Below are positions 37,501 to 50,050 of a stretch of 64,000 bases of DNA, one piece after another (the first letter of the stretch is position 1; each line of letters opens with the position of its first letter). The notes under the pieces were generated by a model. That model worked only from the letters and a program-made list of their open reading frames with translations. It did no database searches and had not been told where the DNA came from. The stretch spans positions 1-64,000 of the forward strand of contig JAUCBJ010001640.1 of the NCBI GenBank assembly GCA_032718475.1, in the 5' to 3' direction. Made by a program: the position numbers and the translations under genes. The stretch is from Nemertoderma westbladi. Its lineage: Eukaryota > Animalia > Xenacoelomorpha.

Positions 37501-40500
37501 GGCTTTGGGACGAAGTTTAATGAGGGTCGGCTGACTTCGCACGACGACCGTACGGCGATGAAAATGATGGAAGCCTCCAAGAAAAGGTTACCTAGCGGTC
37601 GCTTTATGGTCGGGATGCCGTGGAAGGAATCGAGACTGAAACTCACAGACAATCGAGCCACGGCGCGTTCGCAACTCTTGTCGTTGGAAAGGAAATTCTC
37701 TAAAAACTCTCTGTTCGAAAAACTCTATCGGGAAATGTTGGGCTCGTATATTACGGACGGATATGCGCGCCGCACCACGAAGGAAGAATTAGAGAAGAAA
37801 GACGACCGAGTCTGGTATCTTCCCCATCACGGCGTAGTCTCGGCTAAGAAACCGGGAAAGGTGCGCGTCGTATTTAACGCTGCCAACCGCCACCGGGGGG
37901 TAGCGCTTAACGATAAGCTTTACTCGGGACCGGACTTGTTAAACACCTTGGCGGGAGTTCTCATGCGATTCCGGCAAAACAAAATCGCATTCGCCGCCGA
38001 TATTAAAGCGATGTACCACCAAATTCGTGTACCGGAACGGGATCAACGCTCACTGCGGTTTCTCTGGCGCCATAGCGTTACCGAACCGATACTCACTTAT
38101 CAGATGACGGTTCAGGTATTCGGCGTTATCTGCTCCCAGGCGTGCGCGTGTTACGCGTTGAGGTCTGCCGTCCTGGATGACCCGTGCCCCCCGGACATAC
38201 GGCGCGCGGTCCTGGAATCCTTTTATTCGGACGACCTATTGGGATCGACAGCCGAGACCGCACAGGCCATTGCGTTAGTGAGAGGGCTACGGGAACGACT
38301 CTCAAGGATTACGGGATGCACCTCGTAAAGTGGGCCAGTAGTTCGCGGGAACTACTCGGGACCGTACCGTCGGAGGAGCGGGCAACGCCAACCATCGACT
38401 TGTCCGGGGACGACTTACCAACGGATCGAGCGCTTAGGATTAGCTGGGAAATGGAAGGGGATGTGATTAGATTCGACTTCGCGGGAGTTAGCGAGGAGGG
38501 TTCGAAACGGGAAATTCTGTCCACAATAAGTTCTATTTTCGATCCACTAGGATTCCTCGTTCCCGTAATATTTGTTGCTAAATGTATCATGCAGAAACTC
38601 TGGGCGTTAAAGATGGATTGGGACAAACCTATACGGAATGAGGTTCTTGAGATATGGCTGGGATGGAAAGACGATGCGAAAAATCTGTCGGGCCTGCGAA
38701 TTCCCCGATGGTACGAAACGGGACTCTCAGGGTTAGCGGTGGGCCGGGAGATCCACGTTTTCTGCGACGCATCCGAAGAAGGCTTCGCGTGTGTGGCGTA
38801 TGTTCGTTCGGAACTCAGCCACAAGTCGGCGCGATGCTCCTTCGTTGCGGGGAAGAGCAGGTTGGCGCCAATGAAACGACTGTCCATACCTCGACTGGAA
38901 CTCCAGGCGGCGGTGCTGGGGATCCGCTTAGCTGAGACTTTAAGGGGAGAGCTAAGGATGGTAATTTCCCGAACTGTCTATTGGTCTGATTCCACAACGG
39001 TGCTGCGGTGGATAGGAAATCCTTCTAGGCGTTTCCACACCTTCGTCGGGAATCGGGTTGCCGAAATCATGGATTCGTCGGAACGAACGGATTGGCGGCA
39101 TGTACCGGGGGATCTTAATCCGGCGGATGACGGGACGAGGGGACTCGCAGCTGCGGAGCTAGTTGAGTCGAGCCGATGGTTCCAAGGACCGCCATTCTTA
39201 CGAACCGAACCACGGAATTGGCCCGCGTCGCCAATTATTAAGGAGGACGATACAGATCCCGAGATCAAACTTTGTGGGGCCTCGTTTCGCTCGTCCGGTC
39301 GGGCAGGGGCGGTTATTGACTTACGGCGGTATTCTCGCTATCGCCAGGCGCTGAGGAGGGTTGCGTGGGTGATGCGGTTCATCCACAACATCAAACGGGG
39401 GGACCGATCGACTCGACATTCCGGACCCCCCTCAGTTGACGAACTAGAGGACGCGAAGATCGGAATGATAAAGGGTGATCAATCCGAATTCTTCGCAGAA
39501 GAGGTTGAGCGAATCCATGCGGGGAAGGAGATTCATCGAAACAGTCCCCTAAGTAAACTCCAACCATGGTTATCGGGGAACGGGCTTCTGCGAGTCGGAG
39601 GTCGATTACATAACGCGGATATAAGCGAGGAAGCGAAACACCCAGTCGTCCTCGCGCACGGCAGTCCTTTGGCGAGACTGTTGATCTGGGAGGCGCACGA
39701 ACGGTTGGGACATAGCGGGGTCGAGGCGGTGCTGGCGGAAATACGCGAAGCCTACTGGATAACGCGGGGGTGAGCCACGATAAAGGGAGTCTTGCGTGGT
39801 TGTTATCCATGCCGATGTCGGCTGTTACGTCGGCCGGCGACCCCTTTAATGGCCCCACTGCCTAAGGAGAGGGTCGACTCGAACGCACCTGCTTTCTATT
39901 ATACGGCGGTCGACTACTTCGGACCGATCGATGTCACCCAGGGCCGGTCGACTGTGAAGCGCTACGGGGCGCTGTTCACGTGTCTCGTCACCCGAGCGGT
40001 CCATCTCGAGGTAGCTTTCGGCCTTACGACGGATACATTCCTCATGGCGCTACGCCGATTCATGGCGAGACGTGGGAAACCCGGGGTTATATATTCTGAC
40101 AACGGTACAAACTTTCAAGGGGCGGATAATGAACTAAAGCGATGCATACGGGAAATGGAGGAGGGTGAGGAAGGACTGGCCGCGAGAATGGTAGAGTATG
40201 AGGTTAAGTGGAAATTCATCGGGCCGTTGAGTCCTCATTTCGGCGGGGTGTGGGAGAGGCTCGTTCGTTCGGTAAAGGATATCATGGTGACGGTCCTAGG
40301 ATCTCAGCGGATACATGATGACACGTTGGCCACCGTATTCGCTGAAATAGAGGTGATATTAAATAATCACCCTCTCACCCCTGCGAGCGATAGCGTTGAC
40401 GACTGTACGGCATTGACCCCGGCGCACTTTCTGATGGGGCGACGGTACACCCAGAAGTGTCCCGGCGTGTTCACGCACGCGGATACAATAGGCAGGGTCA

Positions 40501-40841
40501 GGTGGCGGCAGGCCCAAGCGTTAGCGGAGACGTTTAAAAGGCGATGGGTTAAAGAATATCTCCCGACGCTCACCGTGCGGAATAAGTGGAACTGTGATAC
40601 CCCTAACCTCAGCAACGGGGATTTGGTAGTAGTCCTCTCCGTGGGGAAGCTAAAGGATACTTATGAATTGGAGCGGATCGTAGAGACACATCCTAGCGCA
40701 GACGGGCGAGTAAGGACGGTAACTGTACGCACCCCGAGTGGCATATATAAGCGGCCGGTCGCCATAATCGCTTTACTGGAAGCGTGCACAGTTCGGGAAC
40801 CGAACGGGGGGACTGTTAAGACGAACGGCCGCCCAAAGTAG
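34591..40841 (+). pseudogene. BEL gag-pol polyprotein with two in-frame stops and one frameshift
   Basis: Gag FDGNPIQWPQF, three Cys/His knuckles, protease LDPCSELT, RT YLPHHGV/DIKAMYHQI/YSDD, RNase H FCDASEEG, integrase H..GH/C..C, VDYFGP, SDNGTNF, WERLVRSVK. TAG at 35173, frameshift near 38305, TGA at 39771; the frame ends inside the 3' LTR. Confidence 0.95.
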
Positions 40842-42028
40842 ACTACACGGGGAAATGAGTTTTTTAGCCTGATGTTTATACTATTTAATTATTATTTTTA
40901 ACGTGATTTGCTTTGTGTCCTATCTATTTGGTGTACTATTTTTAGCTTGCAATTTATCCTATGAAATCTATGCGGTGTATTATTTCGGCTTATAATTTAT
41001 TTATGTCTTTAATTATTATTTTTAACGTGATTTGCTTTGTGTCCTATCTATTTGGTGTACTATTTTTAGCTTGCAATTTATCCTATGAAATCTATGCGGT
41101 GTATTATTTCGGCTTATAATTTATTTATGTCTTTAATTATTTATTAGTGTATTATTTTTCGGCGTACAATCTATAATGTTGATCTATTTGCTGGGTGATT
41201 ATTTTCGGCTTAGGGCTTGTTCTGTATTGATTTTGTTGGTGTGCGTACTTGTATATTGGCTGTGACGACATCTATTGGATTATGATTTTTATTGGTGGGC
41301 CGTGAGTTGATCATTGGGTTTATTTTTAGCTCGGTTATTATTGGTATGTACCTTTATACCTCGCCTGGGGCGGGCTCGGGTATTGCTTGGGGTGGGCGTA
41401 CTTAGCTGCTATATTTGATATGTAAACACGATTGGCTTCTGTAAAGTTGTAGGATAATATGTGGCCATTATTGCTTTTGTAAGTTTTGATTGGAGGATTC
41501 CTTTCGGGAGAGGGGGGGTGTATTCAAGGCTTGGCTTTGTGATATTATTGCTTTGAATGTTGTAGCTAATAATAGCCTATGTTAGGATGGTTGAAGTTTG
41601 TGTTACTCTATTGTTGCAAGGGTCAAACTGATTATAGCTCGTTTGCTTGTCTGCCCGTTGAGGTAATGTGCAGTTTGTTCGGTAATCTGTTAACACCTTT
41701 TATATTGGTTGAGTTTTGGTATATAAACTATAGTTATGGGATTCATTAGTCAGTAGCCTACGAACCCCCAGCCAACTTATTTAACTGTTTTTCTTTACGT
41801 TTTCGTCATGGTGAAAATGAATCACGGGCTCCCCAATCTCTAGACCAAGGAAGGAAACCATCCGGATAACCCCCCCCCCCCTACCCCTCTCGTATAGGCA
41901 TACTCTTTAAAAAAGGGCAAGCACATACCAGGCTACCGCACTCCCCACACACTCCACGAACCTTATAGGGAATCGAAGGCAACCACACGCTGGCCTGGTA
42001 GATAGTCTGCACACACCCCCTTTTTACA
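40814..42028 (+). repeat. BEL 3' LTR (1215 bp)
   Basis: Matches the 5' LTR; lacks the segment equivalent to ~34170-34310. Confidence 0.97.
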
Positions 42029-44248
42029 AACGTCTTCAGAAGAATCTGTCATTGGGACGAAGAAAAGGAAGCCGAAACCACGGGAATGGACCACAGCTAA
42101 GATTGAATGCTCCCATTGTTAGAGTTCCTGGACCGAAATTGAAACACCAATTGCCAATGGGCTTGATCTCTCAAACCAAAACTTCCTCTGCGGGGTTTGC
42201 GTGGCAGTAAAGATTGAAAGTCTGGAAGCTGGCATCCCTAGGTATTATTATTATAAAGAGCGTCAGCCTGCGTTTAATAAATATATTTTAATACAAAACA
42301 GGTCGAACGCAAAGAGGCTTATAATGAAGACGAGTAGGCCTACTGCATTGATTATATTCCTATAAACCACCTGGCTTTGCATATTGAACGTGCGTTTGGA
42401 AATAAGTTCGTGCTACCCTTCCGTGGGTGGTAGATGTCGCGGTTATGTATTGGTGGGTGGGGGGAGGGGGGGGGTGCAGATTAAAAGGGGTGAACACGTA
42501 CTGTCCCCCTTTCTTTGATTAATTGGTGGTGTGGGTTAATCTCTCATAACCTGATTTTGTGATACAGTCGCACAATTTTAATTTGTATCTCATAACTGGG
42601 CCTCGTGCTGCGCGAAGGCCCCACGAACGTGTAAGAGAAAGTGTAGGCCTACTATGTAGACCTACTGCTTACTCTTTGACTTAGATTAGTTGTTATAAGT
42701 CAAGCAATGTAAATTTGGGTGACATATGGTGATGGTGATTCAATATTATACAGCAATTAACAAACGATGGGGTTTCATTTAAATAGTATTTTAATACGAT
42801 AAATTATCATATTAATCCGGCAGATATCCTATCCATTAGTCCGGCAGATATCTACCATTTTTTCACTGAACATTGCATGGGAGTATAATATAGTAAATAC
42901 TTTGGGTGATTTTGGTAAGAAATTTTATTGTGATCAATATTCCGACTGATGATGCTAAGGTTGTATCATTGAGGAATTTGTGTAATTATCAATTTAACAG
43001 AAATTAATCACCAGGAACAGTTAAGACAATTCATACCGATACAATTGCTTTCATTTATTTTAGTAAGAAATGTAATGTTGAAAATTAGCAAATGGTACAA
43101 CAGGTTTCCATTACAATAAATTAAACTTTACAACACCGGAGTCACCTCACCATCTTATGGTAAACTTTTATGACAATTTTCATTTCAGTCGCGTCAAATA
43201 TTTATGTAAAGTTAGTTTTTCTATGTATTTGGTTGTAAGTTGAATTTAATATTGTACATCAATTGCAATTGTTGAATGTTTTTATAAGGTCATTTTAATG
43301 GTACACTATTTTGGTCCAAAATATGTCGAAATTATTTTTATGATCTATTATAACGCACGATTAAATTTTGGTTCCAAATCTGAAAACCGCTATTTAATAG
43401 CTCTTTTAGTTTTCAAGTTATAACAATTTCCATTTAGGGAATCCTGTTGAAATTACTATTACTATATATAATGAAAGGTCAGTAATGGTTGACTGATGCG
43501 CCTGTAAATAGCCTCTCGTCAATAATGAAAGGTCGATTATCTCCAAATATTTTTTTTTATGAAATTGTCAACTTCAAAACCCCACTACTTCTACAATTTT
43601 TGAGTAATTAGTCTGAAACTTTCTGTGGGTGTCTAGATAGCCACCCTGCATAAAAGTATCAGACAACTTTTTGAATTTTTTTTTCGCTGACAGTGATAAA
43701 TCAAAGAGTTGTCCGAAAATGGTGTACCCCCCCCCCCCCCCCCCCCATCTTAATTGTTGAATGGTTTTTTAAATATATTTAGATACAACCTGAAATTTAA
43801 AATTAAAGTTGATGCAATGGTATGTTATTCAATTATTTAATAAAGTTAATTTAACTGTACAAATCTTCATTATCGTTACGATATATCACACTTTTTAACT
43901 TGAAACCGAGGCTGTTCCCATTGGAATAATAGTGAGTTAAAACGTTCTGGAACACAACCTTGTGGAATCGAAAATCGTATTGCCTTTGCATATAAAGTCA
44001 TGACCCGGTGTAGAATTTGGTAACTTTGAAAACACTCAAAGATGCCAGTTGGGCATCAATCGGATTATTGATGACAACAACATTACCTACCATAATCAGT
44101 TAAAACATTTACTACTGTATATACTTCAACGAACGGTATATAATGCAATAACTGCCGGACTACATGTGGGCCGGCCTCAATTATTACAAACTTGTAACAG
44201 GGATTTTGACAATTATGAAATTATGACAGACACCACACTAGAAAAATG

Positions 44249-45529
44249 TTATTCATGTGAAAAGTGGTACCAACAGAAATAAAATATAGTTGTAAAAGTA
44301 TATGTTAAAGGAAATAAATATTTAGAAACGTTATCAATATATGTAGCAATATCACGTCTATGTTTCATATCACTGCTGCTGCTATTAGCTAGATAATCAT
44401 GCTTGGTATGATTGCTATTATCTGCCTTTAATTGAGTACAAGTACCATTGGTTGAAACTTTGTCATCATACTTCTTACCAAAGTGACACACCAACAAAAA
44501 TTCAATGAGGCTACAAAATACGAAAATAAAAGCAATTGCAAAGGTTATATCCAACGCATTAATATAAGCAACATTAGGGAGTCTAGTATATGTGTTTAGA
44601 GCTATAGTGATGACAATGAGAATGGTGGTTATGGCAAGAGCTGCCCGAGCTGGAAGTGCCTTACGATCCACCCAGAATGCAATCCAGGACATCACAACTG
44701 CCAACGTCAATGGCAAATAAACAGTGACAATATAGGCGCTGGTACGTCTACTAAATCTGATTTTTATAGAAAGTTGTGAAAACGATCTGCCGGTATATTC
44801 TCTTTCATTATGCTCCAATATAAGATCACTAGTAGTCAAACCCATATACTGTGTAAACTCCACTTTTCCACAGAGAATCTCTATGCCTTTATTATTATCA
44901 TTTAAGTGCCAGAATTTCAATACAAGATTATTAGTATCAAATCCATAACTCTCCAATTGTATTGTACATGTTTGAATATCCATTGGATAATTTACAAAAT
45001 CGAAAGAACATCTTGTTCGAATGCTGACTCGTTGTGACATATTTACAAGACCATTTGGAGAAACAAAGATATATGAATTTGGCATTGGATCTTTGAACAC
45101 AGTTGTTGACAGACTGTTGCTAAAAAATACATCAGGTCTCCATATGTTTTCGAGGATAAATGACCCCATAATAATTGGACCATTTGAGGCAATAAATATG
45201 TTATTATATGCCAGTCGTGGATCATTCCACCGTAACCGCAAGTACATATCAGTAGTGAAAGACATGTCCTCGTCGTTAATCTCACCAATTGAAACTATAC
45301 CAATATTAACACCAACTTCAACGATGCCTTTACCAATATTTGGTCTTGTGAGTTTGTTATATCCTTGTTTATATTGAACGATGTCAGTCAAATAGTTTAC
45401 AACTTTGGCCTCTGTAGTCAAATCATAATCATTATTATCAACATGAATATTGCCTTCTTCACCTATACCAGTTGTCAAACTACATATAACAACAACAAAT
45501 AGTAATAAGATATCATTGATAAACGTCAT
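44249..45529 (-). CDS. Intronless Cys-loop ligand-gated ion channel subunit, GABA-A/glycine-receptor-like, predicted anion-selective (426 aa)
   Basis: Signal peptide; YNKLTRP, WNDPRL, IWRPDVFF; Cys-loop CSFDFVNYPMDIQTC; LESYGF; M1 VYLPLTLAVVMSWIAFW; PAR motif before M2 with 9' Leu; M3; M4 IDNVSKYLFP. One uninterrupted ORF. Confidence 0.95.
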   Translation of the reverse strand: MTFINDILLLFVVVICSLTTGIGEEGNIHVDNNDYDLTTEAKVVNYLTDIVQYKQGYNKLTRPNIGKGIVEVGVNIGIVSIGEINDEDMSFTTDMYLRLRWNDPRLAYNNIFIASNGPIIMGSFILENIWRPDVFFSNSLSTTVFKDPMPNSYIFVSPNGLVNMSQRVSIRTRCSFDFVNYPMDIQTCTIQLESYGFDTNNLVLKFWHLNDNNKGIEILCGKVEFTQYMGLTTSDLILEHNEREYTGRSFSQLSIKIRFSRRTSAYIVTVYLPLTLAVVMSWIAFWVDRKALPARAALAITTILIVITIALNTYTRLPNVAYINALDITFAIAFIFVFCSLIEFLLVCHFGKKYDDKVSTNGTCTQLKADNSNHTKHDYLANSSSSDMKHRRDIATYIDNVSKYLFPLTYTFTTIFYFCWYHFSHE

Positions 45530-46275
45530 TATTATTGTGTAAATCTATCTGTATGATTTAGACAACACCACATAATTGCTGGTTATTTAGTTAGATAACA
45601 TAAACTGCGGTTCACAGGTGTATTTTTGGCCAAAGGAAAATATATTCGATTCAATTCAAATTCAATTGTTAGGGACATATTAAAATTTAGAGTACCAATT
45701 TATTGTTTGACAACCAAATTTAATTTACAAAGGTACTGTAATTATATAAACGTTCATAATCAACAAAGTTGCTTTTTAACCAATACGTAGCCCACATTGG
45801 GGCCATGGAAGTTTTTGTATAGACACGAATGCTTTAAAGGGAAGAGCCAGGGGGCATCTCTGCGTTATATCCTTAAATAAAACTAAATGAAAACATGTTT
45901 CCTCTGGAGAATAGAGTTCTGGGGGGACCGCGCTGGAAATCAATCTCCGTTGTCCTTGGCCAACTGGCCGAAGAAAAGGGACGTCCACAGATGCGGTGCT
46001 ACAGGTTCCGAGGACGTACACCGTTACTACATAGAAATGAAGTAAGAATTGATTCACCCGTTAGGTTTTCTTCGCCCTTTAGACCAGGGATTAGGCACAA
46101 AGTGTGACGACTTATTTCCACTAAATTCAACCACCACACCAAGGAGGATCATATCGTTTACACGAACAAGGGGCGTTGAAAAGGAAATTTTGTGACAGAA
46201 AAACACAATACTATCCAACTACCGTAGCCTAACGGTAACAGTGCAATCCATCATTATTGGATATTAAGATCAGTT

Positions 46276-47457
46276 CAGGGGCGGATCCAGAGGTCACCTA
46301 GCCGGGGGGGCATAAATAAGGTGCGAGAAAAATTCCAAAAATATGCTCCATAAGTTGACTTGTCCGGTGGAGACAGGGGGGGGGGGGGGGGGGTGGGGTG
46401 GGGACTGGACGCAAAACTCGCCTTGACATCCCGCCTCAATGTTAAATTCTTTATTTAGGGAAAGGAGCAGGTTACAGTGGTACGTTATTTTTATTTTATT
46501 TTACTTTATTTACTATAATTTACTATATTTTTACCGGTACTTTATTTAATTTTTGAGGTAATCAGCTATTATTTGCGTCCAATTTCGCATGGAGAGGGAT
46601 GAATTTTTATTGCGTCCAGTCCCCCCCCCCCCCCCCCCCCCCCCGTCTGTGTGAAGAACACACAATAGACAATAGCGACAGAAGGCAGCATCAAAAATCC
46701 TTGAGTACAGGAGTAGCTCAGACCGTTGTACAGTGAGAGCCACTACTGGTGACGTAATGAATGTTGGACACTAGCTAGGACACTCCCATATTTTTACTTC
46801 GGGTACTGGAAGTTACTGGTTTGGTCGTAAATTCTGTTGCACATTGCATTATATTTATTATGGTCGTTGTCATGGTGTGCGGACACTTCCCCCGGACACT
46901 TCCCCCCCAGCCCCAAACACCTCCAGACTTCCCCCCCGGACACTTCCCCCCCAGTCCCAAACACTTCCCCCCTGGACACTTCCCCCACGACTGTTCTTAA
47001 CTTCGCACAACCGTATTGTTTGCTAATCTTTAAAGACAATAACAATAAATAAAATGTAGGGTTACATTACTGTATTACAAAAATTTGGAATATTATAAAG
47101 CCAGATAGGGCAGGAGGGGGACTGAACGCAATAAAAATACCCATGGTGTATCAAGTACGGCTAACTTCTCGGATAGGACAAAGTTTTGACTAGACCATTA
47201 TCTGGAATGATGAGAAGCTTTCAGTTTAGAAGAATGCCTTCGTTTCAGAAAATTTGGAATGTGGATCTTTAATATTTTTATTATTTATTTTTTCACTTCA
47301 AATGGAAGGGGTTTTTGAGTATGCTTTCTCATTTTCATAGGGGGGGGGCTATAGCCACATGGCCACCACCCTCGGTACGCTAGTGCTTACTGTGATAGTT
47401 CAAAAATTGCCGGGGGGGGGGGCATGTGCCCCCCCCCCCCCCCTGGATCCGCCCCTG
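46276..47457. mobile_element. Non-autonomous DNA transposon, TIR CAGGGGCGGATCCAG, 5-bp flanking duplication CAGTT, with nested MITEs
   Basis: cagtt|CAGGGGCGGATCCAG...CTGGATCCGCCCCTG|cagtt; contains the CTGGACGCAA MITE (46373-46645) and GGACACTTCCCCC repeats (46881-46990). Confidence 0.75.
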
Positions 47458-47518
47458 CAGTTGCAAACTAATAACTGCAGTTTCTTTACCGGCCTTACGG
47501 GCAAAGTCAAAGTTACGG

Positions 47519-48100
47519 ACGTAAGGGAAAGGCATGGGCAGCCTTGAATAGGCTTTCCAGGATTTGGAAGTCACCGATAATTAATTGGAAACTTAAGGTC
47601 CGATTATTTAGAGCAGAAGTAGTCCCAGTACTCCTCTATGGGAGTCCTTGCTGGGCTCTAACTGCTGAGGACACCAAATCTCTGGATGGCACATTCACAA
47701 GAATGCTACGCCGGGTTCATTGTGTCAAGTACAATGCACACATCTCCAACCAGACACTATATAACATTGGAGGTGTCTCATTGGTTCCCCCAAACTAGAT
47801 CAAAATAGACTAGAACAAAATCGCCTCCGCTTTGCAGGACATTGCTTTCGCCGTGAGGACCAGCCAGTGCATAATCTTGTACTTTGGCAGCCTCATGGAG
47901 TGAATAAGCATGGTGGACAGCCCATGACTTTCTTGAGACGCATCTTAAAGGACACTGGCCTTGAAGATGAGGATGATCTAGCAAGTGTCATGGGTGATAG
48001 GGAGTTGTGGTGGTGCAATTTTGTCGATAAGTCGGCACAGCATTCTTAAAAATGCAGCTGCAATGCAGCATGCCGATCGTAGTACTAGTTGTAGTAGTAC
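47519..48100 (+). mobile_element. RTE-1 3' fragment
   Basis: Near-identical to 9251-9870 (rc); (TAG)-type tail. Confidence 0.9.
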
Positions 48101-48344
48101 GGGCAAAGTCACTCCATCAACTCGAGATAGCAGCCAGAGTGTCGAGTAACAGAACCTCACTTCAGCTGAAGGGTCGTGATTCCGGGCCCAACACAGATCC
48201 CGTCACAATCCATCTTCCCACATTCCCATCCCGCTTTCCAACTCACCACGCGTATTTTTTCCACTCGCTGCTATTTATTTACATAAGTTTACTCTAAGTC
48301 ACCTAACCTTATTATTATTATCCTATTACCCTCCTAACAGATTG

Positions 48345-48407
<63 letters not shown>

Positions 48408-50050
48408 GGTCGAGCGAACTCGGACAGTGGAAATGAGATCCTTCCAGGCTTCCCGATTCTCCATAGTTGTCGCAATTTCGTTTCTCTCAAGTTCAGTATC
48501 CCTTTCAAGTTGATCTACTGTATGTTATAGCCGGTCATCCACGGCTACGCTTACCATGTGTTGGTTGCCATAAAAGTAGATCTGGTATGACCTCGACTTT
48601 ACTTCTCCATAAAGCTCGGCATTTGTTATGTTTTTTCTCCAGCTGATGTTTAGGGCTGCCCTTAGTAGTCTTGTGTAGCAACCATCAATTCGTTGTTAAA
48701 GTGATTTCGTCAGTGTCCAGGTCTCACCCCGTATAAAACCACACTTTCCACTGTGGCTTGAAAGAAGTTAGTCTTCAGGTGCCTGGAGAGATCCGATTTC
48801 CAGATGGTATCCATTTTAGATAGAGCTACCCAAGCCTTTGCTTTGTCCTTTTTGCTACTCTCTATCCATGATCCAAGGTACTGGAAGTCGTCAACCTTCC
48901 TTAGTTGATTATTATCAATGGTTGTCAAGTTTCCATCAACATTAAAAGTCATGAATTCGGTTTTTATATGCAATCCAACCTCCTTAGCAGCCCTCTCCAC
49001 TTTATTCAGTAGAAGCTGTGCATTAGAGAGCAGGGCGATGTCATCCGCAAAGTCGGTGTCTGTGACTGTAGTTGCCGGATATCTACTACTTCTGCGTTCT
49101 TGAAGTGTGAATCCCAAATCGTCACCCTTTGAGGCGTCCTCATTGCGTAATCCATTAAAACTACAAATAGTAATGGCGCTAATGTGTCACTTTGCATTAC
49201 CCAAGCAAGGATTGAGAAGAACACAGTCTCACCTGAGTCACAGTCTCATGAGAGTACCTGAGCTTTTGAGTTGCAATATGACAATCCAATGCCAGCGACC
49301 ATTACTTCTGGTATTCCATAAGCTCTTAGGATTTCCAGCATTTTACCTCTATGAATGGAGTCGAATGCTTTCGTGAAGTCCACAAATGTTAGGATTGATT
49401 GCAGGGAGATTCTTTGACTTATTTCCCTCAATCAGTCTCCGTAGTGCAAGTATCTGCGCTATTGTTGATCTACTTGGTCGAAATCCGTTTTGGCTCTTGG
49501 TTTACGCTGCAGTTTCTTTATGTGAGCCACAGCGGACAGATCCCACGATAGTTTGTTGGTATACCGAGGTCTCCTTTCTTGGGGAGAGGCTTTAGTTGAC
49601 CTTTAGTCCAAATTGGTGGAGGCATTTCCCCTTTCAGTATCCGGTTGCAAACATCCAATAATATTCTGTTTAGCACCCCTCCTACTTCTGCAGGGATTCA
49701 TCTAATCCACTCGCTTTATGATTGGACATGCTTTTAATGCTTCTTTGGAGTTTGGCAGAGTGAAGTCGCCTGTTTCTATAGGTCGCGTCTTGTCATATAT
49801 TTTCCTTGTAGGGCTGACCTAGATGTTTGGTGGTTTCAGTACTATCAGCTTTGAAGCGCCCCTTTGCACAACTTTTCCGACCAGATACCTCATTTACAGT
49901 TTGCCAGTTAGTCTTGATTATTGCTGCATGTGAACGTTGTAACCTGAGAGTCTTGTCATGGAACATACTGTTTTCGTTTGGGTTTCTGGGGAATATGCCT
50001 CTTGACTGATTCCTTGTGGGCTTTTATTATATTCTTTTGAATCGGTAGAC
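48345..50050 (-). mobile_element. Second RTE-clade LINE family (RTE-2), degenerate RT region
   Basis: FVDFTKAFDSIHRGKM, DTLAPLLF, DFADDIALLS, FQYLGSWI, ATVESVVLYG; long (TAG)n tail at 48345-48407. Confidence 0.9.

Larger units (their letters stand above)
33207..42028 (+). mobile_element. Full-length BEL/Pao LTR retrotransposon (8.8 kb), disabled
   Basis: TG...CA LTRs at 33207-34567 and 40814-42028; TSD AACGT at 33202-33206 and 42029-42033; PPT aacggggggac; gag-PR-RT-RH-INT order. Confidence 0.97.
33074..42240 (+). pseudogene. Zinc-finger ORF (LINE ORF1/PHD-like) split by the BEL insertion
   Basis: Removing 33207-42033 joins MNTGTQQ...KANRT in frame to SSEESVIGTKKRKPKPREWTTAKIECSHC*SSW...NFLCGVCVAVKIESLE. 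Confidence 0.55.

Noticed and set aside
29101-39773. Programmed readthrough or selenocysteine at TGA 29101, 29170, 39771 and TAG 35173
   Set aside because: The TGAs fit CGA>TGA decay, other lesions are present, and no SECIS or readthrough signal was recognised.
32380-42626. One 10-kb TIR element bounded by gtggggccttcg inverted repeats
   Set aside because: No TSD; both look like 3' ends of separate HINE-like copies in opposite orientation.
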